Source: Phoronis australis (lineage: Eukaryota; Animalia; Phoronida). From it: DNA of 64,000 nucleotides. Positions 11,001 through 26,000 of the stretch are shown one piece after another. A program made the translations under genes and the position numbers. The notes beneath the pieces were generated by a model, which made no database searches, was not told where the DNA came from, and was given only the letters and a program-made list of their open reading frames with translations. The stretch lies in the NCBI GenBank assembly GCA_002633005.1, contig NMRA01000460.1, positions 298,244-362,243 on the forward strand, in the 5' to 3' direction. Within the stretch, counting starts at the first letter, position 1. Each line of letters begins with the position of its first letter.

Positions 11001-14000
11001 TTGACACTTGGCAACCAGAATTCCCGTTTTCAGTTGAAATTATGTGCATGAAATAAACATTACCAAACTTTTGGCCTTTGCTATTGTAACTTTTATTCAT
11101 TGTCTACAAATTTCAGTAGTCATTTTGTTGCAGCTTGCTATATCCTTACAAAAAACTTAGTTTGAATTTGGGCTCTTAAATAAGGTGGTACAACAAAACG
11201 AATTTCCTTGCGAAGGCGGGTAATTTTCTTTCTTTGAAAACTGTATTGTAGAGTGGGTAGTGAACAACATATCAACCTACGCAATATCAAATACCAGTTC
11301 TCAATCTCCACGGATTAGTGCTGTAGTTACTTTTAAGCTTACAATTTTGCAGGTTTCAAGCAAATAATGCAGGGTGTATTGAAATAGACGGAAAGGTCAA
11401 TGAATGTATAATTATAGTTGCTGTCCTTTAGGGAGATATGAATCCACTCGAAAAAAATCCATCCAATTCTGTGACGTGTCGTGTAGATTTTTTGATTCCA
11501 TAAGTTCTCTCAGAAATTGCTACTTAACCATGGTGATAAAAGGTGAAACTGGCCTTTAGCTTCACAACTTGTTTTTTAATTTACTTACACGTAAGAAAGG
11601 TGGTAACCTAAACTATTTTACATTCAACAGTATTAGATTACATGTATATTGATTTCCCTTCTTAATTTAAATGACAATAAACCCGCTCCCGCCCAAAAAG
11701 CGAACGTCCGGCTTAGACCACTTGACGCAATTGAATTGGTTTCAATTCACACGGATGGAAACTTATTTCTTGATTTGCAAAGAACTGTCGGGTCGTTTTT
11801 TCTCGATACCCTTTCGTCCATAACGACGCACAGTGACAAGCCAATTTGTTGATCCTGATTTCAAGTACGAACGAACTGTTTTGTCCTGAAATCATAATAT
11901 GTAATTTATCTAGGGAGCAAATTGAAATCAAGTCCATAAAAGTTAGAACTCTTACAATCACAAGGTTAGCTCTTTTTGTGATAGAAGGCTCGTTTATAGC
12001 CACTTTAAACTGAAAATTGTCCCATTTAAACCTTTCAGGTGTTACTCATCCTTTGGGAAGAGGACATCCACAAGACCCAAATACTGGGTTACCGGAGTCC
12101 TCCTGGGTAACGATGCGTGTCTCCGTGTAAGTATTCCTTTGTTGGAGCAACACTGACTACACATATCTGTCGATTTTCCTTTATTTCCCAGCAATCATAC
12201 AGGAGTCTGCGCTGGTAGTGATCCAAGGGTGTTTACGGGACAGGAATCCTCCCTCCTCGGGCACCTTTGTAATGCTGTAATGGAGGAGCAAATATGATCT
12301 TCAGCAATCAAAAACAAATCCGACTGCTGGCTTAATTGAGCCAAAATCGTCCGGTTCCGTTCAGTCGTACAAAGAAACTAAAGAATGCACTTCAGGCAAG
12401 AGTGTTGTGGAAATATCTGCATTGTTGAAGGATATTTTTATCTGGAAAATGGAATTTTTGTGCTTGTCTTCGTACATGTTATTACAACAGCGAAGTTTTT
12501 CGGGAATCTCAATATTGTGTGTGCAAAGGTTTGTTACATTGGACTCTCGGTTGTTCCTCTTTACCAGTGACTTACACTATTTCAGGTATTCACTTTGAAA
12601 TGTGACTCTTGATGTAACCCTGCCTATCGGTCTGCTAACGACAAATGGGTAAACATTTTCGAAATACGTTCATTCCTCCGGTAATATAAGTAGAGCAATC
12701 TGGAACGTTACTGTACATAATTCGTCTTGATCTCTTTTGTACATAGTTCGTTCAGTATACCAGTCAATGTTTTTTATCAATTTAATTTGCCCCTGTTTCA
12801 GGTTGGGACAGTCATTCATGAAATCGGCCACGCTATCGGTCGGGTTCACGAGCAAGCACGCGAAGATGGAGGAGCCTTTGTAGATGTCAATTTTGATGTT
12901 ACAACAGATTCTTCCCAATATGAAGTCTTCGAAGATGACGATTTTAGGGGACGTTCCTACATACCTTACGACTATACCAGCTTAATGCATTATGGTACAA
13001 AGGTACTGATTTTGATCTTTCCGAAACCGTTGTTTTACTTGACTCTTCTGTCGGGGTTTCGTGTATTTTTACTTATATAGCAGGTAATGTTTGTCGGTAA
13101 CTGAAGAACATGTTTCCCCATTTCGAAGTTTATTGAATACCTAAGCTCATCATTACCGAAGTGTGTATCTCACCTGGTTTGTGACAATGTCCACTGTTCT
13201 GTTTAGGGTTTTGCAGTATTGCCGGGCGAAGACGTCATGAAGGCTTTAGATGCAGATTTATCTTCCTTAATGAACGGCGGCGTATTATTGTCTTATTACG
13301 ATCAGAAAGTTCTAAATGTGGCATACAATTGTTCGCGTAAGTATAACTTGAGCATAACAAACATTTATATCCGTTAAATATTGGTCGTGGTTCATTCGTT
13401 ATCGAGACCTTGTTGAAAATATCGTTCCCGTAAGGTTTAGTTTACGTCGCAAGAAAGCAAAAAATAATTTGAACTTTGGTTTGATTTATTCAAAATCAAA
13501 GCAAGGCTGCTGTTCAGAATTGTAACTTAAGTCTGCACACGAACACAAACGCATGATTATGCCTTTAAACTCACATAAATATATACGTGTACTCTATCAA
13601 GTGGCGCTTGGGACAAGTCATGCTGTTCTGCAATAGAGCACTTGCGTTCTGAAAACGCCATGCAGGTGTTTAAAATGGCAAATATGTGTTTTGGTGTATT
13701 GCGTCATTTGTTCGATGTAGAGCACTAAATAAAATTCGTTATATACAATGGAAATACGATTTGTTAGAATTCAAGCACATTCTCACGCTACAAAGGTATA
13801 TACGGGGGTAGGGTATCACCATCATCGCTGGAGACATTAAAACGACGAAATCTAGAATCTCGGCAATCTTGCAAGAGCAACGCTCAATATCAACATGGTT
13901 CACCGTCATTTTATTTTGTATTGTATTGAATATTTACGTAAAAATAGAATATTATGTCACTTTTTTAGAAAACAATTCAAAAGCAGTATGATTTTTGAAT

Positions 14001-17000
14001 TTTCACGAAAATGTTCAGATGAGAATATATGCGTCTAGTTTCATGTTCAGAGAATAGAGCTGGATTCCAATAAGACCAATAGCCACCATGCGCTGTAACT
14101 GTCAATTCAATCAAAGTAGACCTGAACTGAAAAGAAATAACCGACAGTGATTGTATTTTTTCATCATTGGTGGTTAGAAGGGTTATGTGGTTCGTTCATA
14201 TTAATATAGTGGTAGAGGCTAATCGTGGATAGCTTGACATTCCTTCATTGTATTACCGGTATGTGTCAGACTGTTGAGTTTTAGCGACGGTTAGCTATTG
14301 AAATAGCCGTACAAGTGACATGTGCAGACTGATCTAGCAAAGTAATTCGATGCACTAAGGTCCATTTCTTCATTGACTTTTGCTTGGATTAATGCGGATT
14401 GTTCTAAAACCCCCGGGACTCCTTCGAACCTCCATTGCCTCGATCCACGACCCACGAGATACCGGACCCACGACTTACAACCCCCTCAACCCAGCTCGAC
14501 TCGATCTGAAGAGAGAACAAGCGCTGACTTGCAAGACCAATTACATGTAGTTGGATCGTGAACTTGGCTGGCTTTTGCGTTATTTTAATTAAAAGAGTCG
14601 ATTCGACAAGTTTGAAAGTCGAAAACAAAAAAAACAAACAAAAAAAAACAAAACAAAAAAATCAAATCAAAGACCTTCCAACGTAACAAATGTCGTTCCC
14701 GGCAGAGTGTCTCGTCTGCTCTTCAGTGAATGGCAGATCCAACCTTTTTGTGGAAAGTGCGAGGAACCGACAAAACTGTAGTTTCTTAAGTAAATACAAT
14801 TTAAAAAAACAATTGTTAACTAAAAAGTAGTTCAACGTTAAATGACGTATGTTGTAAACGAGTATACAACAAAAAGCAATGAAAATTTTAAATTATATAC
14901 ATTCACGTTAACATACTCTCCTCCTAAGATCGGTGGAATTGGCCATTGGTAGCCGTTTGTGGACCTATTTCCGTGACAACGATAGCGCGCTCACAACGCG
15001 ATATCTCAGATCATTTTCTCACGCCACTTTCTGTTTTCAGTCACAAGGCTTGAGCCCGATCTGACTCGCATGTAGGTATGTCTTATGGGAAAGTCACTCA
15101 GTGACGTACATGTAATAAGGTTATGAAATGTGCTAAAAGCGAAAAAATACCTCTAATGCCACAGACCATGTGTAGAAGGGGTCGTGGTGGTTATAGGTCG
15201 AGGGATGAAGGGGTCGAGGGGGATTTAGAGCAGTCCGATCACTTCAAGGTTGTGTTTTATAATGCACTCTTTACAGTTATCAGTGTAGGTGTTGATCTTG
15301 ATTAGTGTTAAGTTTGCAATCCAAGTCCATACATGTAGTTTATGACGTCTCCTCAAAAACTTTCAGAGATTTTGTTTGTTGTCATTGCGCAAATGGCAAC
15401 TTAATTTGGTGTAGTCCATATGTGTACACCGCAGAATCGTTTACATTTGTAGAAAATATGTACATGTAATTCATTGCCATCAGAAAGACCCAAGTTTTTT
15501 GTAGCATTCACCCTAGGCTCATGTGCATACACCACTGAAAAGTAGTCAAATATTAACGTTCCTGTTTTACAGTGTGTACAATCTTCATGATGTACCTGAT
15601 GCACCTATACTACCACCACTGATGAAAAAGATAATTTTTCAAACTTAATTTAGTTAAGAAAAGTCCTGGAAAGTGTTACCGCAATGCTCTGGTCGCATTA
15701 AAAGTGTCACCCCAATGCTGTGATCGCATTGTGCCTAGAAGCCAAACATATCATGTCGCAAATGAAAAGAGTTACATGTACATGTAATGTTGTGTCGACC
15801 ACAGATGCTTTTATGGAGAGCCACTTCTTTTTTCTCAAAATTAGAACTATTTTGCATTTGCATACATATTTTAAGAAGAAATATAAAAATACTAATATAA
15901 ATGTCGGAATACCGTGCAATTACCTGTGACAACAAGTCATGTGAATTTGAAGTGTCTAGCTCAAAATCTTAGTTCGCACCTAATGACCTTTGACCTATTT
16001 AACCTGATTGGATGACCTGATTACTTAGAAAAGTAATTTTTTAAATTGCCTTATAGACTGATACCTGTGTACCGAATTTTAAAATAATATCTTTTAAATT
16101 AAAGAAGGTGTAGCATTTTAAAAATTACATGACCTTTGCACCAAATGACCTCCTCCGGTGCATTATGGATTATGAGTATGTAATAAATCAAAATTTATAT
16201 ACTGCCTAAAATCATATGTTAATTTGAATAACATATCTGCAACCATTTTGGAGTTATTAAGTGTCAAATTTGGTCGGAAGAAGAACAAGAATCAGAATAA
16301 TATTAAATTGAAGAAAACCCAGGAACAACAGTACTAAGGAGATAAAATACGTACATGTAGAACATTAAAACCCTGCGCTTGCGCGCGCAGAGTAATAAGA
16401 TGAATAATATTGAAGAAAACCCAGGAACAACAGTACTCTGCACTTACACGCGCAGAGTAATTAGCATTTCTACAGTAAAAGGTCCCCATTTTCTAAATTA
16501 AGACGTGGAGTCTTTCCGCTGTAAGTGTAACCTGGGCTTTCTTTGTATTTTACTCGTATTGAGGAGCGTTTGTAGGATTTTGTACTGTACCGTGCATAGG
16601 GGTTGAAATTTGTTTTCTCTGCTCTTGTGTTCTCTACACTGAGCTCAGAACAGCCTCATTTGCTGAGGTCATGTTGATTTGTCCCATTTTTGCTGAGCCA
16701 GTAATTCAGAATCAGTTTGCTTCTTGATGACAAACACCTCTGGCAGTAAATTAGTTTTCACATTTATTTATCTAACACATTTCTTTGGCGAAAAGAGCTT
16801 TTGCTTATTAGGGAATTAATAGAGAGTGAATAGGTTGATCAGATTTTCTTGTTGTCGTGGTGTATGTGTTGACTATTTTGTACGTTTTTCGAGATTGTGA
16901 TTAATATAAGTCCCTGTTGTGGCTACGTAACATATTTGATCTCGTGACCAGGCTGTAACGTACCTGAAACATTTACTGTTATTGATAAGAGAATTTGTGG

Positions 17001-20000
17001 GTATATGAAAGTAAATTTTGGTCTTGTCATCCAAGTCTTTTAGTTCAATTTCGTATGAAGTTGTGTGGGTAGTCAATGGTTTGATTGTTGTTCAGTACCT
17101 CTTAAACTATTTTGCCTTGACATTTTGCAGCTTTGACTAGTTATGAGTGATGATATACTCGATGTTAATAGGTTTTGTAAGTTGTGAACTATTCTTCAGG
17201 TTTTACAACTGACTTGTAACTATTGGTGATGATATTGGAAGAGTGGGGAGTATACCATGTACTGGCATGTCACTAATAAATAATGGAATGTTCTGAAATT
17301 TTATGTGAGAGAGTGTCAGAATGGATTACCATGTTGTGATAGGGATGAATTGCCTTGCTTTCTTCTTCTTACTCCTGTAACTCCCACTACACATAACAAT
17401 TGTCTGCATTGCTAGTTGCCTGGTGCATTGATTATGGATGATAGCGAAATTATTGGGTGAAGTTGAAACCAGAAATGAAAAAATGGAAAATACCCAGGTT
17501 GGTACTGACATAACCACAGGGGCATGGACACCGGTCAATACAAAATGTTCTTAGGGGAGAGGGGTGCACAAAACGAGGGCTAGATTTCATCACCACCTCA
17601 TCATATGTTGTCAATGGTCAGAGGGATCTAGCAACCAAAATGTGTGACGATGCAAAGGGCTCAACACCCATGTGGCACACCCTGGGTTTTTACTTGTTTT
17701 GCACTCTTCTCATGAACTCCTGTGGTCAACACCTTTTGGCGCCCACCTGGTTTTTACCCGGTTTTCACTCCTCCCTTGTACCCCCTTTGCTGGCACCTGG
17801 GGGCAACACCCCCCTGAACCATCCATGGAGGTATAAAATGTTAGTAGGAACGGCAATTTGCCTTGTTAAGAACTCAACCTTGAAACAAAACCATGATGGC
17901 ATTTGAAGGGAGCTTCAAGAGAGTAATAGCAAAGACATTTTTTGATTAAAACACACATTTTCAGTCTCGTGCGTTTATAAGCGGATGTTAGGTAACGTAT
18001 TTTACCCAGTTTGAATTACACAGTAATTTTATTGTACGTCAAACGTCATTAAAATATGATTTTTTCAATGTTAACGTGGTTCGGACTCTGCCGCAAAATC
18101 AGTTTTGCTTAGTTGCCGCTTGGGGCGCTAGTTCTTCGACCGATAACCATTGCAGCGAATGGCAAGATGGCGAAGTGAACACTCCTATTGTATTACACCC
18201 CTTGCTTGTAGTGAGATAGAATAATTATGTCCCCGTTTAAACCTCTGCCGTAGGTGTTGAACTTTTTGATGTTTTAGAACGCGTACAACATTTTTTAACA
18301 CAAAATCTAATTAGCCAAGTATTTATTCCGGGAAATAATTGAGGCATTGGTATTTCAAGTTTAGAGTTCTTTAGTAACATAGAGTGTGCGCCTACAATTA
18401 CTTGCTTTTTCTGGGATCTAAAACATAACCAAAATTTTTAGTTAGGAATGATGTTTGTCTACTTGAAGGCGGCTGCTCCATCAGAAGCTGTGAAAATGAA
18501 GGATTTGTTACGAAACACTGCAGGTGCAAGTGTCTGCCGTTTTTTGGAGGATCACGGTGTGAACGCGTGACTACAGGTTGGTATACTGAAAACAGGTGCT
18601 TCATGTACATACAGTCTTGAGCAAACTCAAACTTGCATTTATCAACAAATCGAGATAAATCTCTGTTATTGTGAGCTCGAAAACTGTTTGCGTTGAAACG
18701 ATTCTAGTCCAAGTTTGTACTTGATGATCCGTGTTAATCCACACTGTCATTGTTTAGTTACGACGCGTTGTAAGCCTCTCGGCTTTTTATGTGCCTCCAT
18801 CGGAAACCTTCATCTCTTTGACCAAGCACTGTCCACTGGTCTATTTACATTATTGTTGTAGGACGTCACATTTCCACATTTACATGAGAACCAAGTCTTT
18901 TTTGTATATGTATATGTATATGTATTCAAGCTACAATCGAACAATGGCAATGGTCATCTGTAAAGAGCAATGTTAAATATTATTGTTCTTTACTTACTTT
19001 CAGGAAAACTATATAGGTTCAATGCACAATTACCGCTGTTTTTTTTCTTTTATCTCTTTTCAAGTATTAAATCGTTACATTTAAAACTGTTTCTTTAGAG
19101 AAAACTTGTAACATAACGCACAAGAACCTACTGTACACATGGGATGTGATCTGCCACGCGGGTGAAGTATTTAAAAATCTGCCGCACAAAAAAGAAAGTA
19201 AATAAAGAATTCGAAGCGTAGGGAAACATACAAAACCTATCTTGACATTATTTCGCATAAAAATATCTCGTGGGATATATTGATAATCCTAAACGAGATT
19301 CGGGTTTAAGACAAGGGTACATGTAAAACCTCTTGGAAATTTTGTTAAAATACCGACGTTTCCCGAGGGATTTTGACGAACTTTGCAAGATGTTTTGGCC
19401 GTGTCATAAAACTGAGAGGAATGTATGATTTGTTGGCTCACTGGAACCGTAAATACGATGTTTTTGCCGAAAACAACTCGACGTGTCTAAAACGATCAAC
19501 CACATGACGCAACATGACGTAAAAACACCTTTGCGCAATGTAAAATCAGTTATTTTTTGTTAATAGTTTTACTTTAAGCTTATCAATTGTAAATTGCATT
19601 CAGCTTTCGTAAAAAATGTTCAAGTTAGAATATAATAAACACTCCAGGTCCCTAGCCAGCACTGAGAGGAGTGTGGTTCGAATTTTTTAAATAGTGGATC
19701 TTTTGATCGGAATTCTGTAGAGCATTTAGGCAGCAAATTCCGACAGAAAAGAAGTCATTATACACTGCGATGAGTCTTGACGGCTCCATTTTCCGGAAAT
19801 AAAATGGAATGGGTAGGCCTAATCCAAGAAATGAGGATGCCATGACGGTTACTCGCAAAAAAGAGTTCGGATGTATTGTGATCCACAAACTTCTATTTCT
19901 GAATTACTGAGAGTTATCATCTGCCAAACTTCGAACCGTGCGTGCTTTTTAAAAAGAGTGACTATACTCCATCACATACTCGCACGGAATTATTTAGTCA

Positions 20001-23000
20001 GAGAATGACTTGAAGACACTTTTGTGAAGTTAGTTAAAGAGGCGTGGAACGTGAAAGCTCGTCAAAAATATCTTTTAAACAATTTCTGCAGAAAGTACCA
20101 TCTTGCAACGTCTAATGCAGAGTAACTCAATTTCCAAAATAATCACAAAATTCACAAATTTTGAAATATGAAGGAAAAACTGTGGTTACCACAGAGTTTC
20201 TAATCTCCCTCCCTCGTATGATAAATGAGTACATGCGCTCACGGTCGGTTGCTTGAAGTCGCTTGAGGTCAAAGGTCATATTTTCTTTATAAGGGGAATG
20301 TGTTACATGTGCGCATGTGTCTTGCCACACCAAATGAGGGGGGCTTTGCCTTGTGTGCAAAATATCGACGAAGTGGTGAGAAGTTGACAGATCGTTTTTG
20401 AAATTTGAAACTAAAAGAAAATGCTTTGATATCAACAGTAATTAAAAAATCTTTACGAACAAACCATGATAATACCTGGTGAGCAGGTTGAATTCTGTTT
20501 CAGTGGCAAAGGAACGCTTTCAACATTGCTATTTGGTCTGTTCATTGTGTTCCTAGGCCTTTCTAAGTCGCTAATAGCGATTCAGGAATTGGGAACAGCC
20601 AGCTTAGAAGCAGTGGTATAACCAGCAATAATACTGAGAACAACGCCCGGCTAATAATATACCGGAACTTTAATTGTTTGGGTTTCTTGCCCATGCGAAT
20701 GTGGGCACCAAACCATTTCTGGCTAAAACACAAATTCTGTCTAAAGACATACGATTAGTCAACAATTTTACGTAAATGGTCACTTGATTTCAAGCTAAGT
20801 CACTATAATGCAAATATAACAAGTTGTAGTACATGTATTCGCCAAACTCAGTTCCAGTTGTGGCTGACAAATAATTCCAGACACTCACCTATAAGGCTGG
20901 GACTTAGACTGTTCTTGCCGGCAAGTGAAATTGTGCCTTTGTAACCTGTTGACACTCATTTTCACAGGTTTCAATGTCTTTAACCAGGCCCACTTAAGAA
21001 TTGAAAACCCGGGACTTGGTCTAATTTAGCTTAAAGTACCAAAATGAGATAAATGGTGTCTAGCTTTATATGTGACAACGGTGAACGTGGTGAGAAAACG
21101 AGAGCTGCTGAAACGTTCCTTTCGTCACAAAACATTTAGACAAATTACCATTACTAAATTGGACTCAGACTGGTCGTAACTAAAATGTGTGTGATTTCTA
21201 GACTTGGGAAGAACTAACCGTCACTATATTACTGTATGAGACCAAGCTTTATTAGTTAACCTGTCAAGGTGCGTCATTTTATTCCTCGAGCATGTTTTCG
21301 AGGAAATGAAAGTATTGGCGGTTCCTAAGACCCAAAACCTGGAAAAGGAACATGCAGAGACGAATAGTGTAGCAGCCACCAGTCTAAGTCGAAATTGATT
21401 GGTTCTTTGACGGAACGCGGGTTTATTGCCACTTTAATTATTGTGATAGAAAATGTTCAGCATTCGAGTGTTCTTTTGAAATTTTGTATGAAAAAATTGA
21501 AGATTGCTTTAGAATTACGTATTTCAATGATTGTTGTGGATCGTTATTCAGGTTCTAACTGTCTGAAACGTAGAGATTTGTTCACTGCAGTGTTTAGCTT
21601 GAAACGTAACATCATGTGATGTTACTTGTGAAACTGTCCTTCAGTTTTATTGTGAATCCTGGATAGGTCAAGGAGATACAATCTGTTAAATGTTCGAAGT
21701 ATGCCCCGAAAACAATAGGTGCGTCGCAAGCTCCGTTTCCAGAGATGAAAAGGAGACCGTGCGAAAACACATTAAACTGCGGGTTATTTTAATTTACATT
21801 GTTACACGGGTGAAAAGTTATTGTTCTAATGATTTGACATACATGTATTTTACTAATGCCTTTGCTAGGGTGTGGCGGAGTACTAAATGTGCGGGACAAT
21901 TTCTTCATCAAGTCGCCGGGATATGACCAAGGCTCCTACCAAAACGGACTCAAGTGTGCATGGATCGTGAAAGTAAGCTAACCAATTACATTATCGTAAT
22001 TAATATTTCATTGACGTATTCTGATCATGGAGCAAGTAATCATCAGAAACTTGATTCTTATTAATAACAAGACCAAGAACAACTTTTCGATGGCTTTGGG
22101 AAACTGTAACCTTAATGACCATAGCTAAAACGCGAAGGATAAGAGAACCATTGGCAAATGTTTATTAACCATGGAACATGCAATTATAATAACAGCCGGA
22201 ACAAATATGCATTATTTCAGAGCCCACCAAAGACCATAATGAAGTTGGAATTTCTCGATTTCGACGTAGAGGACGATTTTGCCAATTCTCTTTGCAAGGA
22301 TAGTTTGGAAGTGCGACATATTGGGATTGGGGTGATGGGACTAAGGTAAAAAACAAGATGAAATTGTTTAACACCACGGCAAGAGGTTATATGTAAACGT
22401 TTTACGACATTAAATCTTCTAATGTTTGTTGCACTAAACGATTATATTTTGAAAGAATACCACTCAGCGAAACTAGACATGTACGTTTTCAATATATGCA
22501 TGTAGTGCTTGAAGCTGAATACCTTCTCAAAGTTATCTTTGAAAATTTGAAGCCTGAGAGTAGGGTAAAGAACGTTGTACCGAAGGTTGCGTATTTCGAG
22601 GGTCAGTCAGGTCGACGTTGAAGCAACGTGCTTTCTATGAGTGATTTAGAGCACTTACGGCTTTGTAATTGGCCCCAGACGATCCTGTTCTGCGCTTTCT
22701 GGCAAGAATTGACAGACATGACTTTTAAAGATATGAGCTTTTTCCGAAGGATTTGCACACTGTTAGTTTTATTGGGCACAGGGGTCACTTCTAAACTGAC
22801 CAAGAAACACACTAAGTTCACTTTTGTGACGGCAGGTGGCCTGAATCAAACGTACCATTGACAGAAAGCACGAGTTAAATGCCTTTTTTAAGCTGAAATG
22901 CATGCTATCCCGTGCATCGGTTATTTTCTCCAAGTGCCAAGTTTTGTCGTCTGAAGAAGATCTTGAATACACCATACACGCAATTTGCGATCCAAATCAA

Positions 23001-26000
23001 TTTGAAGCATTGATAACATTAATTACATTCTCGGGTAAAATGGGATGTCGCTTTACACAGGAGTGCCAAAAACCGTCGAATCAATTGTTCTATCTCACGA
23101 GAAATTGATGTTCTTTACGCAGAAGGCCGTGTGGTCAGTTAGTCGAAAAATTTACTTGGATTTTCGTGCATCTAGAATAACGACATCATTGCCAGGAACC
23201 CGTTCCAAGAAAATGACTTCAGCTCATTTTTACTTAAGTGTAAGATTTGTCTTAAATGCCAAGCTTTGAAACCTCCACATCCGGTAAGATAGTCAAAACT
23301 AAGACAAAATTAAGTCAAAAAGTTAAGTGAAACTTAAAATATCTTCCTGGAACCTTACTTGAGAGAATTTTAAGTATTATCTTAAAATTGATTTTAATTT
23401 AGGATTTGTCTTATCAAAGGAAATTTTCTTTGAACGGTCCCCAGGTCTGCATGTGTATGAAATAATATTTAATCTGACACATACAGATGAACTGCCATCT
23501 TCATTAAAAAATGCTATATGGTGTGGCTTTTTGCCCTTCAGGTTTTGTGGGGACCAAATGCGTCGAAAATTTGAGACGCGTTACAACAATTTAATGTTGA
23601 TTTTCCGATCGAACAGTAACAATAGACGGAGAGGTTTTAAAGTCAAGGTTAAAGTGGAGCCTGATACGGGTAAGTGAAGCAATATGTTAATAAATGTATT
23701 AAAATACAGAAAATGGTACCAAGACACAACATGTCTGGTCTATGCAGTGCACAGAGTTCTTGCTAAAATAGCCGCCGACCACCATAATGAACAAACATGT
23801 GAACCTAAAACATATAATTCAGCGTTAATTAGTCGAATTTTAAAAGAATGTAAATAAAAGGCCTGATGGGAAGGACAATCAAACGGGATTAAAACCAGAG
23901 TTCATAAAAAGAGTCCTCTTTTTTGTCGTACGAGTACTTAGCCCAACATTAATTTACAAAATGCTCTGATCGCGTTCGATCCGTGCACTGTACAGAAAAA
24001 CTGTTTATAACTACAATTTGCATCCTTGGAATCTAGGCTTCTCACGGAAAGAAGAATGGTCTACTGTCTGATTTTGGCTGGAGGCAATAAGACGACGTCT
24101 AGTTAGCTTCAGTATTGAGTCAGAACAGACGTCCGATCGCCCATGGGATAGCTTGTGAATGCGGTATTACTTCATGAAACTTTGTTGGTTCACGGTTACT
24201 CTCATCCTGATGGCTGAGCATCGCCGGTATTCACTGTGATATATATTTATTGAAGGATACACAGAACATACAAAGAAATAATAACAAACCCAGAAACCGC
24301 GAAGCATTATATCTGGGTTGTAAACAATTCATAAATGAAACTTATATACATAGAGATATATACAATTAAGTAGTATCTAAAATAAGTATTCCAATACTTA
24401 GACATGCTATTACAGATATATAAAAACAAAAATATTTACAGATTCATGTAGGGAAATCAGATGCAACAATATTGATAAACGGTATATAAAAATTTGCTAA
24501 CGTTGCTTAGGAGGAATTCGTTAAGAACAAAGTCAAGGTTAGGACTACCATTCAGTAATAANATTGCTTTAGAATTACGTGTTTCAATGATTGTTGTGGA
24601 TCGTTATTCAGGTTCTAACTGTCTGAAACGTAGAGATTTGTTCACTGCAGTGGTTTAGCTTGAAACGTAACATCATGTGATGTTACTTGTGAAACTGTCC
24701 TGCAGTTTTATTGTGAATCCTGGAAAGGTCAACGAGATACAATCTGTTATATGCTCGAAGTATGCCCCGAAACCAATAAGTGCGTCGCAAGCTCCGTTTC
24801 CAGAGATGAAAAGGAGACCGTGCGAAAACACATTAAACTACGGGTTTTTTTTAATGTACATTGTTACACCGGTGGAAAGTTATTGTTCTAATGATTTGAC
24901 ATACATGTATTTTACTAATGCCTTTGCTAGGGTGTGGCGGAGTACTAAATGTGCGGGACAATGTCTTCATCAAGTCGCCGGGATATGACCAAGGCTCCTA
25001 CCAAAACGGACTCAAGTGTGCATGGATCGTGAAAGTAAGCTAACGAATTACATTATCGTAATTTCATTGACGTATTCTAATCATGGAGCAAGTAATCGTC
25101 AGAGACTTGATTCTTATTAATAACAAGACTAAGAACAACTTTTCGATGGCTTTGGGAAACTGAAACCTTACAGACCATAGCTAAAACGCGAAGGATAAGA
25201 GAACCATTGGCAAACGTTTATTAACCATGGAACGTGCAATTATAATAACAGCCGGAACAAATATGCATTATTTCAGAGCCCACCAAAGACCATATTGAAG
25301 TTGGAATTTCTCGATTTCGACGTAGAGGACGATTTTGCCAATTCTCTTTGCAAGGATAGTTTGGAAGTGCGACATATTGGGATGGGGGTGATGGGACTAA
25401 GGTAAAAAACAAGATGAAATTGTTTAACACGACGGCAAGAGGTTATATGTAAACGTTTTACGACATTAAATCTTCTAATGTCTGTTGCACTAAACGATTA
25501 TATTTTGAAAGAATACCACTCAACGAAACTAGACATGTACGTTTTCAATATATGCATGTAGTGCTTGAAGCTGAATATCTTCTCAAAGTTATCTTTGAAA
25601 ATTTGAAGCCTGAGAGTAGGGTAAAGAACGTTGTACCGAAGGTTGCGTATTTCGAAGGTCAGTCAGGTCGACGTTGAAACAACGTGCTTTCTATAAGTGA
25701 TTTAGAGCACTTACGGCTATGTAATTGGCCCCAGACGATCCTGTTCTGCGCTTTCTGGCAAGAATTGACAGACATGACTTTTAACGATATGAGCTTTTTC
25801 CGAAGGATTTGCACACTGTTAGTTTTATTGGGCACAGGGGTCACTTCTAAACTGACCAAGAAACACAGTAAGTTCACTTTTGTGACGGCAGGTGGCCTGA
25901 ATCAAACGTACCATTGACAGAAAGCACGAGTTAAATGCCTTTTTTAAGCTGAAATGCATGCTATCCCGTGCATCGGTTATTTTCTCCAAGTGCCAAACTT

